The position numbers and the translations under genes were made by a program. From Marsupella aquatica (lineage: Eukaryota > Plantae > Marchantiophyta): a stretch of 64,000 bases of DNA. This document shows positions 21,702 through 34,679 of the stretch, in pieces. The notes beneath the pieces are model-generated. The model worked only from the letters and a program-made list of their open reading frames with translations. It was not told the DNA's origin and did not search any database. How positions within the stretch are numbered: position 1 is the first letter of the stretch; the number at the start of each line of letters is the position of its first letter. The DNA lies in NCBI GenBank assembly GCA_973895155.1, contig OZ316899.1:14201934-14265933 (forward strand), in the 5' to 3' direction.

Positions 21702-24700
21702 TGTCACGTCGTAGGCTTCGGCCTTAACTCAGACTTCAGCTTAGACGGGCACATCCCTCGTAAATCTGAGGGTTCGGGCAGGAAGGGAAGCACGTAATGC
21801 ACCTTATTCTCGTAAACTAGCGCTAAGTGCGCATACTGCTAAATACGAACACCTCCTAGGTATGGTTTGTGTTCCGCCGCCGGAACGTACCTTAGTCGAT
21901 AGCAGGATCGACCCCGGCTTAAGGGCTTCTAAGCCTTCGTGCTGTCCGCCTTCGATCCGGATTCGATGATACAGGTCCTCAACCCGTGCTCGCAACCACT
22001 TACCCGCAGGCTGCACCCTGTGCACGTCTCGGGTAGTGCGTTCGGCCTGGCGCTGCCACCCATATACGAGAAACCCACACACATATGCACACACATGCAT
22101 ACAATCTCAATTTACATGAAGGAAAATGATGGGAAAGGATTTTACTACAAAGGGAACATATGCGTACACTTAGTTGACACGACAGCCCTGGAATGCACAG
22201 GTTCAAGGCCGAGGGTGCATACTACAACGGAGCCCGGCTCCGCACTCGCCCGGCGAGCTTAGTCCTACCCCCTCCCCTTGGTACTCTGTCATTCCCAGAG
22301 GTCGGGACTCCCCGCATGTCCCGCGGATGTCCGACTCTGGAACTAAAAACCCCCCCTGCCTCTACCGAGGGGTGCACTAAATACTAAGAGCCGAGGAACG
22401 GGGTGTCCTCTCGCCGAAGATTCGCTGACTAAGGTCCTAACTAAGCTGACAGTCAGGCCGGAAAAAGGCTGTGTCTTATTAGAAGATCCTAATCTACGCA
22501 GGCTGGACAGCAGGGCAGCGCTGCTGTACCTAAGGCAGGTGCCTGTACCTAAGGCAGGTGCCTGTCCCAAGAGCCTGACTAAGCCAATCCTAATCCTAAT
22601 CTATTCCTACTCCGCTGCTAATGCCTGGCACGCTTGCCAGAGCCGCCCGAATGGGAACGGCCATCCCGCTGCCTTCGAAGCCTGTCATTGTCCGCTTTGA
22701 GGAGCTGGACCTGGTCCAGCAGAGATTCATTCTCTCGCCTCGCCGCGTCCGTCTCCTCTGCTGCCTCCTGACATGCCTCCTCCAGCTGCTGGGCGTCGCT
22801 CGTCAGTTTACTCGCCAGCTGGTCCTGCTTCTCGGCCTCGGTTTGGAGCCGCGCCATCTCGGCCTGCAGCGTGGCTATCTCCGTCGCGTCCCGCTGGGCT
22901 CGCTCCTCGGCCTCCTCCAGGTCTTTCTGCCAGGTGACAGCTTGTTTCTTCAAACTGTCAATCTGGTTCCGGAGTCGTGTAATCTCGGCCTCATTCCCAG
23001 CTTTGGCCTGTTCGGCTAGGGCGGTAAGAGCGTACGCCTTTGCTAACAACTCATCGGCGGCTGCAACCTTGGGTCGTAGTTGCAGAAGCTCAGCCTCTTG
23101 AGCCGCCACTTCGTTCTTTAGGTACACGGACTCCACCCGGTACCGCTCTATCCTCTGAAGGGCCTCCGACTAGGCCCGACCTGCCTTTACGGCGGCAACC
23201 AACTCCTGATTGAAGAAACAGGCTACCTTCCGGGCCATGAACTCCCCGGTATCCCGGGCAATTTGATGAGAGAAATCTCCCAGAAGCCCGTTCAGAAACG
23301 TACCCTGTACGAAGAGTTCCGGGTGGTCCAAGTTGTGCCTGTCCGGATTTGGGCACGGGCAGACATCAACACGCGCAGGGGCCGGGGCAGTGACGTCCAG
23401 CCCTGGGGACATAACGTTGGAAGGGGCTGGAGTGTCCTCCTGCAACGATGTCCGGTTCTCCGGAATTGCCACCGGCGGGTCCTTGGGAGACCCGGGTTCG
23501 GGTAAGACCTCTGCCGTACCAACTTCTGTACTTAGCCCGGCTAGTTGGGTTGCATCAACGGTTGCGACGACCGACCCCTCCGGCGCCTCCTCGGTTACGA
23601 TTACAACTATTTGTGGAGGTGGGGTGGGTGAAGCTGGCGTGTCCACTGGACTTCGGGCCTCGGGTTGGGGCCGTCTCTCCAATGCCGGAAAAACCCACCT
23701 AGCTGGGACCAGCCTTGTAACGTTGATGCGGGGAAGGGTTCATCGATCAAACCGGGCGTACCACTCAAGAATGATTTCGATATGGCTAGCGAAATACGCC
23801 TTCCCGCCAATGTACAGCGTCTTCCTTCGCCGCTCCATCTCTTCATGGAATTTCTTAGCGAAGTACGACGCCCATTTCCTAGGTCGATAGTTCTCGACCT
23901 GGATAACCTGGGCGGCGGAGATCTCCCCCCGGGGTTCCATCATGTGGAGAGCGTACCTCTGGAACTCCAGCCGCTCAGCTATCTCGGGCATGAGGCAGGT
24001 CCTCATCACGAACCCGTTGTCTACTGATCCCTCTGAGGGAAAACTTGAAGATTGGTACTTGGCCCCCTTGCCCCCGGGAGCCCGTGATTCGACTCGATGG
24101 TCACCTTCGGGTAACCCGAAGATCATCTTGAGCCGTTCTTCTGTGAGGGACATATTCCTTCCCTGCAGCCGAGTCTGTTGACGTACGTCGTCATAATTCT
24201 TGATGAATTCTGTCATGTCCTCCCCGTAGTACCTGCAAGTGTTCCAGGGGAGAGAGGTGAGGTGCTCAAATCCCTGAGTCTTCAGGTACACCGCATGCTT
24301 GGGATGGAGGATGTTGCTATGAACGTTTTCCCCCATGCGGTGCATCGTCACCTTGGCTACGGCTACCGTGGCCAACGGTAACCCGGATGCAGTGGCGGAT
24401 TCCTTCCTCTTCTTTCCCCGTGACTGACTCGGGGAAGGTGATACTTCCCCATCCTCCCGATCGGGCCTGGGGAGTGCCACTGCGGTTGGTAACGGGCCCG
24501 GGGCGGCCACGGTCACTATGTTGTCTGCTGGGGCCGCTCCTGGGGTCAGAGCAGGGGGTGGGGACGATATAGTGTCGGCCCCCCGAGCGCTTGTTCCTCT
24601 GGGCCGCCTGGTCAAGGGTGGGGTAGCCTCGTCGTCATCGCTAAGATCCACAGCGTTGATGACGGAGCGTACCTGTGCTGGCTGGGTGATAGGTGGTGGG

Positions 24701-25732
24701 GTTTGGCTAGGCTGAGGCTGAAGCTGAAGCTGAGGTTGAGGCTGAAGCTGAGGTTGCATGGGCACGGGTACGGGTACGGGCCCGGCTGAGTTGGTCATGT
24801 TGGTTGATGGCCGAGTTCCCATGAAGCTCTGCAGGTGCTGGTAGAAGTTCTCCGAAGCGAGTGCGGACGCCCTTGTCGAACGGTTGGTACTGGACTCGCC
24901 GTTAATGACAGCCCGAACCTGGGCAGGGATGTGGTCGAAGTGATGTCGCTGCAGGTCGATTGTACCGGGGATATTGAAGACCTCGTCCGGAAGCCGAAGC
25001 AATGCTTCCCAGAACCCGATATATTTGTCTCCGTTGAAGAAGTACCCAGATACCTCAGCTGGTCGGTAAAGCTCGCTCTGAGATGGGTAGTCAAAGTTAA
25101 GGACGTAGTGGTGTCGTCCTGCTAGGTGGATGGCTCTCTCGTATTCGCGTTCGATCTCGTATCGGCGCGGGTTGGCGTGTTTCAATGAATCGGCCAAGTG
25201 CCTTCCGGTAGATAGGAACTGCGTCCATAATCGAATGGCCGAGCTGGAGAGGATCGTGTGTGACATTCAGAGGAGATAGTAGTGGCGACCTAGAGAGAAC
25301 GAGAGAGCTGGGGTCGAAGCTGGCGCGCGGACTGATGGACTGGTGCACTACAAAGGGTTGGCTCCCCTTTTATACTTTGAGGGCTTGTCGATCCCCGACG
25401 TCTCCTCGACGCCCATAGGTTGAACCGCTCACGCTTGTGGTGTACCGGCCACTTCGCCGGTCTGAGTCAGCGTGCGTCAGTGGCCGCTTCCTTAAGTTCG
25501 TTATACGGACCCGAGGGAGGGGCCCCTCCACGCTCGTAACCCGGGTGTGCGAATAGCGACCCGCCGCCAGCCCGAACCTGAAGTCCCCCTTATTGCCTAA
25601 TGATGTCCTACCCCTAATGATTACCTAAATACTGTCGTTATGCTAATAATAGCGGCCTAAGACCCACCTAACGCGCGTGCCGAGCGCAGTTAGACTGAAT
25701 CACTCATTAACCGCCGTACCGGCGGTGTCACA
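21702..25732 (-). mobile_element. Family A solo LTR (4031 bp) with 5-bp TSD CTTAC
   Basis: CTTAC at 21697-21701 and 25733-25737 flanks TG...CA ends; no internal region. Confidence 0.97.
22618..25266 (-). pseudogene. LTR-encoded ORF in the solo LTR, nearly intact
   Basis: In-frame pieces of 508, 170 and 172 aa, separated by stops at 23740 and 23170. Confidence 0.85.
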
Positions 25733-26027
25733 CTTACTCACCGTCACTGATATCCTCATCCTCTTGCGCGAGATCGATATTTGATCCTGGCGTCAAGGTA
25801 GTCATCCCTCCACAATGATGGTCGACTCCTTGCATGACAACGTCGATGGTCCCTCGACATGCCCCTCCTCAGTCCACAGCGTTCATCATTTGCATAGGGT
25901 GGTGAATCGATTGCCTCACGGCACCCCAACCCTAAAGTACCCCAAACATCCAAGCCAAAATACCCCGGTATCGACTCCTGGCTGCAGCAAATCTCAACAC
26001 CAAAATACCCCAATCATCAAAGGACTT

Positions 26028-26160
26028 GAGGAGAGAAAATATGTCGAGAGGACAGTAAAAAAATTTAGGGTGAGAAAAAAATGTCGTGGTGAGTTAAAGA
26101 TGTCAAGGTAAGAAAAAGATGGCGAGAAGAGAAAAAGATGTGGAGGGTGGAGGCACAGAT
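26028..26160. repeat. Degenerate ~18-bp minisatellite (GGTGAGAAAAAGATGTC-like)
   Basis: Same unit as 38506-38750. Confidence 0.55.
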
Positions 26161-28239
26161 GGTGAGCCAAGGTGTATCGGGCATGCAATTAGAAGGGTGG
26201 GGAGGAGCGGATTTACGGATTTTGTGGTGGATCAAACTGTTTGGAAAAAGGTAGTTGGATTTTGACAAATGGTCATCAATCATTCTTGCTCTTTTATTGT
26301 GAATATTGTTGTCATTGCGCATATCTTGTTCAAATTGCACATAACTTTATGTAATCAAATGATGCAATTCAAGTTAACACAAAGTACGGGACAAAAGACT
26401 TTGATGGGTATTTAGAGTAGGGGGCAAGAGTTGGGCAAGAGCTGTTCAGTGTCAAAGTTACGAAAGATGGAACAAATGTGGGTGGCAAAAGGCACAAACG
26501 GGAAAGACGGCTAGGGAAAGAATTGGTCCAAAAGCCAGAGCAAGTGACCAATCGAGATGCCAAGGCACGTCAAAGCAAGCCAGTTCTTGGGGATAAGATT
26601 TGTTTTGTTTGGAGCTTGGTCTCATTGGCCTTCATTGAGAAAGTCTTGTTTAAATAGTTGGAAGTTTAATTGGAATAACAAAACTGGGATCTCTAATAAA
26701 GATAAAACAAATAAAAATGAAAATGAACCCAACAATTGTAAAAATGGTCTGTCTAATTTTGCAGTTTATTTCAATTTGGATATAGGGGTTGATGTTGTTG
26801 CAAAAATGATCAATGTTGTTTGGGAGGGCGAGGGCCCGGGAGGGCAGGATGGAGCACAAGAGAGACAATGGTCTGTGGGGATTTGCAAGTGCAAGGTGTG
26901 CTACGAGGTTTATGTGTTATGCGCGTCAAAAAAATGTATCTATGCAGAAATCTGTCATTGCACAAAATATGTGTATTGATATGTTGTAGACAAAGACAAA
27001 CACTTGAGAGGGTGCATGGTGCGCAAATAGGTAGAGAGAATTAGGCACTTAGTGCTACAGCTTTGGCAAAACTTTGCCAAGATTGGCTTAGAATTTATTT
27101 ATGGCAATAAGTAAATATTAACCTAGCCATTTTTTTATTAGATCAAAGCCATTTTCTCATTTTATTCCCCTCCCTCCTCTCTTTCCCTCAAGGGCCCTCC
27201 TTCCCCTGCGTAGTACTACTAACCATTTCTCTCTTGGGAAGGCAGGTAATATTTTAAAGTCTTTTGTACCTCCTTGCAAACTATACAGATCATCTGACAT
27301 GTAAATACACTCTGGTACCTATATTTCCATAACACGGGAGGATGGTACCATTGTACAGAGGATAGCAACATCTAGGGTACGGCAAGAAAGTACAATGTCT
27401 CTGACAAACTGTGGAATATAGTTAGGACCTAAATACTACCGTAGGGGTATATATTCAATGCAGTCCAAACTGGAGAGCCAAGGGAGGCAGGGCAAGTACT
27501 TTTGGTTTGATCCAAGGGCGAGAATAAATTGTGATTATAATAATGGATGGTCAGAATTTACTCCTGCTCTTTCTGCTTTTCATAAGCAGACGATGAGGCA
27601 ATGGTGTCGGGATTGCATACTATAGATGACATAGAATAGAATAACAGATTTGCCTCCACGACATCTCAAGCCCAGAGATGGGAGCCAAAACAGCACTGCC
27701 AACTGCACAAGGGTACACGTATAGACCTGTGCAGTTTATTAGGGTTTAGGTTGAATACCGAGTAGCAAGCGTTCGGGCGGTTGTTGGGACCCAGCACCGG
27801 TACGATTGAGACAACGAGATTATATGAGGGGAAGCGCCCTTCACAACTACTCCATACCGTTTTGTAGAAAGGACAACAGCCGATTCATCATGACATATCT
27901 CCATAATTAAGATACCAGGTTGTCGGACTACACTGCTATGGTAGCGCGGTTGGACAAGTACGGGAGGCTCAGGAGTGTGAGTAGGCCACGCGGGAACAAC
28001 GGGTCAATAAATAATAATTATAATATTGAAGACCCATCAACCGCCGCCGCTTTGGAAGATTCCATTTGTAGTCCCGAACTGCTCGACGATCAAAAGTATA
28101 ATGATGCTAGAGGCAGCAGGGACGAGGAATACCGGTGCATGAGCACGTCATTCGATCATTCAAACTTTGAATAGTTTTGAATAGTTTTTGATTGAAACAC
28201 GGTCGTTCATAGCCACGTTTTTCCCAGTTAGACAGAAAC

Positions 28240-31173
28240 ATGTGGGAAGGGAAAAGATCCCGTCGGGGAGGTTGTGGAAGCACAAGCGCAATGGCCAAGG
28301 ATAGCACGGCAACGTCGGAGCATACAATGCCCAACAGCACGGCGGAATCACGATACATTGGGCAATACGAGGGAATGTTCCGTAAGGCAAGATGCCTGGG
28401 AATGGTTCGAGTGAGCGATGATCTAACCTTGGCCAAGGCTCGGTTCTATCACAAGGGGATTCGCGCAGTGTACGGGGACAATGTGACAATGATGATCCAG
28501 TACCAGGAGAGGTTTATACAAGTGTCCAACGATGAGCTAGGCACTCTGTTTGGAATTGAAGGGACAGTGGGGGCACTTCCAACCACAGTAGCCGTGACCC
28601 ACTACAGTTAGGAAGAAGCAATGAAGTTCTTGGGCTCCGACAGAGATTTCATAGCAGGGATTTGGACGGGGAAGGTCCATTACTGGACAATGTCCAATAA
28701 TGAAGAGGTGTTGAAGTATGTCGAGTTCTTTACAAAGTGGGTGATGCTTGAGAGTGTCTATGACCATAGCACCGTGGAGCAGATCACAATAGCGGCCAAG
28801 GTGCTGAAGGGAGAGCTACATCCGCTGCAAGTATGGAAGGCAAGAGTACTTGAGAAGACTAAGGTGACGGTCATTCTTGCATACCCTTGGCTGGTAGCGT
28901 ATGGGCTCTCTTGGGTAACAAAGCAAATGATTTATATGCATTTTAGCCTGGCAAGGGGTCAGCAGCAAGTAGCCGCTGGAGATATGGCGCAAGCCAGCAG
29001 TGGTAGCCATGTCGAAGAGGCCCAAGCCCAGGATGAGTGCGCGGTGGGTGCCCCCGGAGAGAGCAGTGTTGTCCAAGGAGATGGGTCCGACGGAGAAGAG
29101 ACCAAAGAGGTTCATGGAGGGAAAATGGGAAGAATTCCCTGACAGAATAAAGCCGCAGGATGCATATTGCTGACGGCGAGAACATCCCGGTTAGGGGAAG
29201 AAGCGACGGTAGCAAGTGAAAGATTGAGTGTTTTAGAGAAGCAAATGGAAGAGATTTGAATGGAGAAGGAAGCGCTCCAACAACAGCTGGATAAGAAGCA
29301 GCAACAAAAGCTTAGGAGGGAAGAGGAGGAAGAGATGGATAGAAAGCAAGAGGGAGTCGTGTTGCACATTCTGGAGGAACAGTTGCAGGAAAAAACGGAT
29401 CACTCCTCCCGAAGCCGGGAGTCGGGCGAGGAGTTCAAGTTAGATTTTGTAAAGAACGGGGAAGACGGAATGGTGAAAAGTATAACAGACACTGAGGTGG
29501 CCAGGGACGTGAATAATTTACGAACCCAAGTAGAGAAGGCGGTTCAGACGATGGAGCACCTAGCAAACGAGAACCAACAACTCCGAGCAGTAGGTGATGC
29601 CAATCTAGAACAACGGCTACATGAGATACGTAACTTTTCCATTCGGAAATGGGAATGCTGCAACGGGTTCAATAAAACATGTAAAGAACCCATAGAGATG
29701 GATGAGATGATTGGCCTTCTGACCTATAAAACCATAATCAATACCCGAACAAATAGCCGGGAGTCGGGGCCGACAATCGTGACCCCCAGGGAACTGGATA
29801 CGCTGTGGGCGGACGTACCAATGAGGATCCGATATATGCTACCTTTCCTTGTATGGTCCGAATCCATCCTATTCTCGGACTATGAGGCCTTATACTTTTG
29901 ACTAGGAGGGAGAGCCAATAGCCGAGTGATGGGTATCCTTCTCTCTGAATTGGACCGAGAGTTTGACAATGCCGATGGGATCTGGGCCCTTCCGGAGATC
30001 ACAGACCCGGAACTTCTACCACGCAAAAGATAGCGGGCTCATAGTTTATCGTTAATGGAAGCCATCTTCCCGATCATTCCGGCTATAATGAGAAAATGGG
30101 CCGCGAGGGAAGTAAGAGTTAGCAAAGGCGCATACACCTTACCACGTCTAGCCACATTTTTATATTTAGCCGAGTGGAGGGAGCCTTTTTGGCCTTTACG
30201 TTTGGAATCAGTTTGCGTGTCGCATGAATGGATGAGTTTTGTAGGTCTTACCGTCCTGCCTCAGGTGGCTCATGAGGCAATGTCCCATTTTTACAGTATG
30301 AAGAAGGAGCCTCTTGTTTTAGCTAGTGAGCTGGACAACCTACAACGGTTAGACGAGTTCCCATTTCCCGCGGCGGACTTGGAGCACCGTGCTCTGTCAC
30401 AGACGAGTTGGTGGGAAGATCTGATGCCCATGGAAGATGTGATGAGGTGGATGGAAAGATCTGTTCAGTCTAGAGAATTAGGAGCGTATTTCGGCCCATA
30501 CGTGGGGTGGGCACCAAGAGAACCGCCAGCAGGGTTTTTAAGAGAGGAAGCAGGACCAGGTCGCCGCGGAGTATGGGGGGTGTACATCAAGGGGACCACA
30601 CGACAGATCTACTACTCGATCTGGCATCATCACCCTGCCGTAAGAATTAGTATGTCGGGAGCAAAAACGGTAGGCGATGAAGCGCATCACGTACCAATGA
30701 TGAAGTGGGTGAGCGATATTCACAAAAGGAAGATCAATCAACGAGTGCTACTCGATCCCCGGATCTTTAAATGGTATTGCCTAGCGCAGAGTCTGAAACA
30801 ATTGTTGATAGGAAACAGTAGAGCTGCAGAGGTCAAGATTGGGCGAGATGGAACTATGGGATGTGGCGGCCAAGTTATTTGGGCCATATTTGCCCAAGTA
30901 GGGCCGTCGCTTGTTAGGATGTATAATCTATGTATTGCTTCCCAGTTCTTCAGAGGGGAAGATCCGATACTCAGAATAGGAGCCATTGATGGAGTGACCA
31001 TATTATATATTATAGTCCAAGATCCGGAAGCCAAAGATCCTCAAGGAGATTTTGAAAGTACATTTGCCAAACACGAGTTGGAGGTCATGTATCTTTCTGA
31101 TGTCATTGCAGGAGAGACTCCGAGAATGAGAGAAATCTGGAGGCATCAACATAGAAATTGGCTCCACCAATAG
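28240..31173 (+). pseudogene. ~980-codon gene broken by in-frame stops: Transposase_32-like N-domain, coiled coil, unknown C-terminal domain
   Basis: ORFs at 28240, 28621, 29260 and 30055 share one frame; the N-domain is clearly homologous to 58544-59542 (CLGMVR, SDRD, KYxEFFTxWVM, ITIAAxVLxGxLHPLQV). Confidence 0.75.
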
Positions 31174-33168
31174 AGAAGAATGGAGCTGGCCTACATGAGA
31201 CAGGCGGCCTCTGAATATATCGAGTGATTGGGCCGACAAAGATTTTTGTCTTGCATGTGTACTAGGGTATGACGAGGAGTGAGTAAACTTGATAGAAACT
31301 TCAGGGCTTGATGCAGCACAACCCTTGGAATTTGTGTAATTGTGTGTCAGAATGTCTACATACAATCATGTCATGTCATGTCATGTCGCGCAATGCTTAT
31401 GCACATCCCCAAATATATGCTTTCCCCCGTATGTTTGACCCGCGCAGTCTTGGATTAAGGCCTCAACAATAGCGTGGGACGAACGACCGCGAGTTGATGT
31501 TTACTATTTCATTCAATGAGTGCGATAGTAGCATGAAAAGAAGCACGCACGCACTGTAGGATTAGCAGTGAGTGGCGACCGTAATGAGAGAGCAATAATG
31601 AAGAAGCAGTGGCCATTTTTCCCCGGAAGCTCCCCCAAACCAAGCTACGCAGCAAGGAATCATTGTTATTGTTTACTGAAACTTGATTCCCTCATATTAT
31701 AAGGATGCCAACCAATCCCCATCAACCTAAACAACAATCGTGTCATTCATGTCCAACCAACATTGGATTCGTGCTTTCTAGCACGAAATTAGGATGTTGG
31801 TTGGAAAGCAGTTCACGCATGGCAGGCCTTTCCTCCCTGCTGGTAATCACACATCCAAATGTGGCTGCACTCATTGATTGAAAGGAAAAAACTAGGATTA
31901 TCACGGTATGCAGGGGTGTCGTACATGTCATATTTTGATGTGCAGTTACCAAGACTTGCCTTTCTTGCTTCACCCGGGAGTTGGCAACAATTTGAGGGGA
32001 TGTCCTGAGATTTGAAAATGCTCCGGAAATCATTCATTTCACACGCATTCGGGCACATAAATGAACACCATTTGGGCAAGCTTTCTACATTTTAAAAACA
32101 ACATGCGGGAACCCGATTGCATGCATTAATTCCTTCGTGTCTTCCAGAGACTCGGACTTTAATTTATGGGCAATTTTGCCCAACAAACATCCGCAGCCAC
32201 CCGTGATGTAGAGCGTCAGAGGCTAATCAATTTGTCCCCTCCCTTGCGGGGCCAGACCCGACACCTGCTGCCTCTACAAAACTACACCAAAGATCCGCAG
32301 GCTTTGCAAGCCCCTCCGACTATGTAACATCTCATTGAAGGTCGTCCCCTGCACAGGCTACTTCCCGGCCAAATCTTGCATAGCAGGGGCGTACATGGAG
32401 ATGTCAGGTTATTTAGGAAGAACATTTTCATACAACAGATGATCAAAACTTGAGATATATGGAAATCTCGAGAAGTTGGACGCAAGGGAGAGAAACCGGA
32501 TTCAGAGAAAGTATGAGTAGAAGATGGGCCCGATATTTTGGAGTAACCAATTGACGCTACTCAAAGCTCAACAGTCAGCAACACTCTTAACCAAGCTCCT
32601 GAGGAAAAGATTACTTTGAGGCAGTTGATTCCGGCTGTACACTCGCCCACAAAAATGTCGAGCGTTGAAATTCCATTGGGCACGGACTACCTCATGAAGA
32701 GACAAAGAGGTTGTCGACTCGCAATAGGTTAAGGAGCATTGGATGCAAAGTACATGTAGAGCAGCCCACAAGGTTGCCAATTATGCACTTCCCGAAGATG
32801 CGCTCGCCAAATTTACCTTGCGCACCGGTGGTGTCCGTGAAATAACCTGCAATACATCTTCAACTGTGAATGATCCAGTGCATTGAATTGACACATGGTT
32901 GCTCATTACATATCGGTTGCATGTTATTCTACAAAGTCATGCAACCTGCAATACAGGAAAATTACAGACGAAAGCAACTCCTGCCCATAGCTGATCTCGG
33001 GCGCTGAAAAAATAAAAACATGTGCTGGCCGCAAGCATGCTTTTCGATCAGCTCCTATGTGACTTCACCATCTTCACTTATTATAAACATACGAAGAGGT
33101 TTTCATGCAATCAAATACGCCAATGTGTGGGATGGATAGGTTACGGAACTGACATCATTGCGCATAAG

Positions 33169-34329
33169 TGATGGACCTCGCCACCCAACGCCCTCACCAA
33201 TCCCAGCACTTGCGCCTAAGTGCCCTTGGTGCCCGAACGCCTCCATGGAATACCTCGAGCAAGCATCCAAGTGCCTCTAGCACCTCCTGCGGCCACTCCC
33301 ATATGAAGTCACACTTGCTCACCTACACGACCGCCACTCAACGGTCCTCACTGTCTGCACAAACAACCAAGCATCTTGATAAGTAACCCCTCCGGATCTA
33401 GAACTCGCCCAGTCTAGCATCCTAACTCAAGCTCAACAAACGTTGGTAAATAGGTCAGCGATAGGTCCTCCCGATGCCATAAGCCGGAACCAAAACCCAC
33501 GCCCACTGTCCGTCCAGGACAGCTCCTTCCTTGGGCGCGGCCCGGGTTCCCCCTCGTACTTATCCATCACCAACTGACCGCCCTGACCTCAGGACATGCT
33601 CATGGCCCAAATAGCGTAGCTTGTCCTAAAGCTTGTCCCAAGCTTGTCTCAACATGCCGGGACCAGAACGGCCCCGACTCTAACAACCGCTCCCGGTTTG
33701 CCCCACTGATGGTCTAGGGACCGAGTGCCCTTGGGACGCAGCATCCATACTACTTGGCCTTGCCTCCCCAACGCAAGCTCCCTAGGGAGGCTGAACGCGG
33801 CTTGGCTGCTATTCGACAGGATTTGGCAAACGGGCGAGCTAACACCCACAAACCATGAGAACCCATGGCACCCCCAGACCCATCTAAGCTCAGGAGGGTG
33901 AGCCCTCCTCAAGAGCTTTCCAACGCACCCAAGAAGTCCTCCAATGGACTTCCTGTTGGGAAGATATCGCCATTTCCGTTTGGCGGTTTCCCTTAGTGTC
34001 ACGACTTCGGCACGGACCCCCGACCGGCCCAACCTGGATCGGGCCACAACTTGTGCCCCAAGCGTCCATTGCCAATGGCGTCAACTCCATTGGCCTTGGG
34101 CCCAAGCGGAGCTCACTCCCAAGCCCTCAGAACTCAAAGCCCATCCGAAGGTCCGGACGGCCATCCTTGAGCCCGGCCCATTTTCCCTTGACCCGACCAG
34201 CCATAGGCTAGTCCAAGTCCTTTGTGTGTGTCCCCAGCTTGGCCCCTCGCCTCGCTAGTGCCACGTCTCATTGCCCACAAGTCTCCCCGTGCTAAGTCCT
34301 CCCCGGATGGCCTATCCGGGCCTGGACCA
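33169..34329 (+). mobile_element. Family X solo LTR, 1161 bp
   Basis: TGATGGACC...CTGGACCA flanked by TAAG on both sides; second copy at 16168-16874 shares the same start. Orientation is arbitrary. Confidence 0.75.
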
Positions 34330-34679
34330 TAAGGGAGCTCGGCGTTGGAGTCAGCGACGTCGGAGTCAGCAATGTCGGAGTCAGCAACGTCGGAGTCAGC
34401 AACGTCGGAGTCAGCAACGCTGGAGCTAAGTGTTAAGGTAGTCGAGTTCCGCAACTCCGGCCCATTTCCCCTTGACCCAACCAGCCATAGGCTAGTCCAA
34501 GTCCTTAGTTTGTGTCCCTAGCTTGGCCCCTTGCCTCGCCAGTGCCAGTCTCATTGCCCACAAGTCTCCCCATGCTAAGTCCTCCCCGGATGGCCTATCC
34601 GGGCCTGGACCATAAGGGAGCTAGGTGTCGAAGTCAGCGACGCCAGAGCTAAGTGTTAAGGTAGTCGAGTTCCGCGACT
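34173..34679. repeat. Tandem duplication (34173-34456 / 34457-34679) with a 15-bp unit expanded about five times in the first copy
   Basis: Direct comparison; GGAGTCAGCAACGTC repeats at ~34343-34425. Confidence 0.9.

Noticed and set aside
34343-34425. Short direct repeats resembling a CRISPR array
   Set aside because: Contiguous 15-bp units with no spacers, in eukaryotic TE context.
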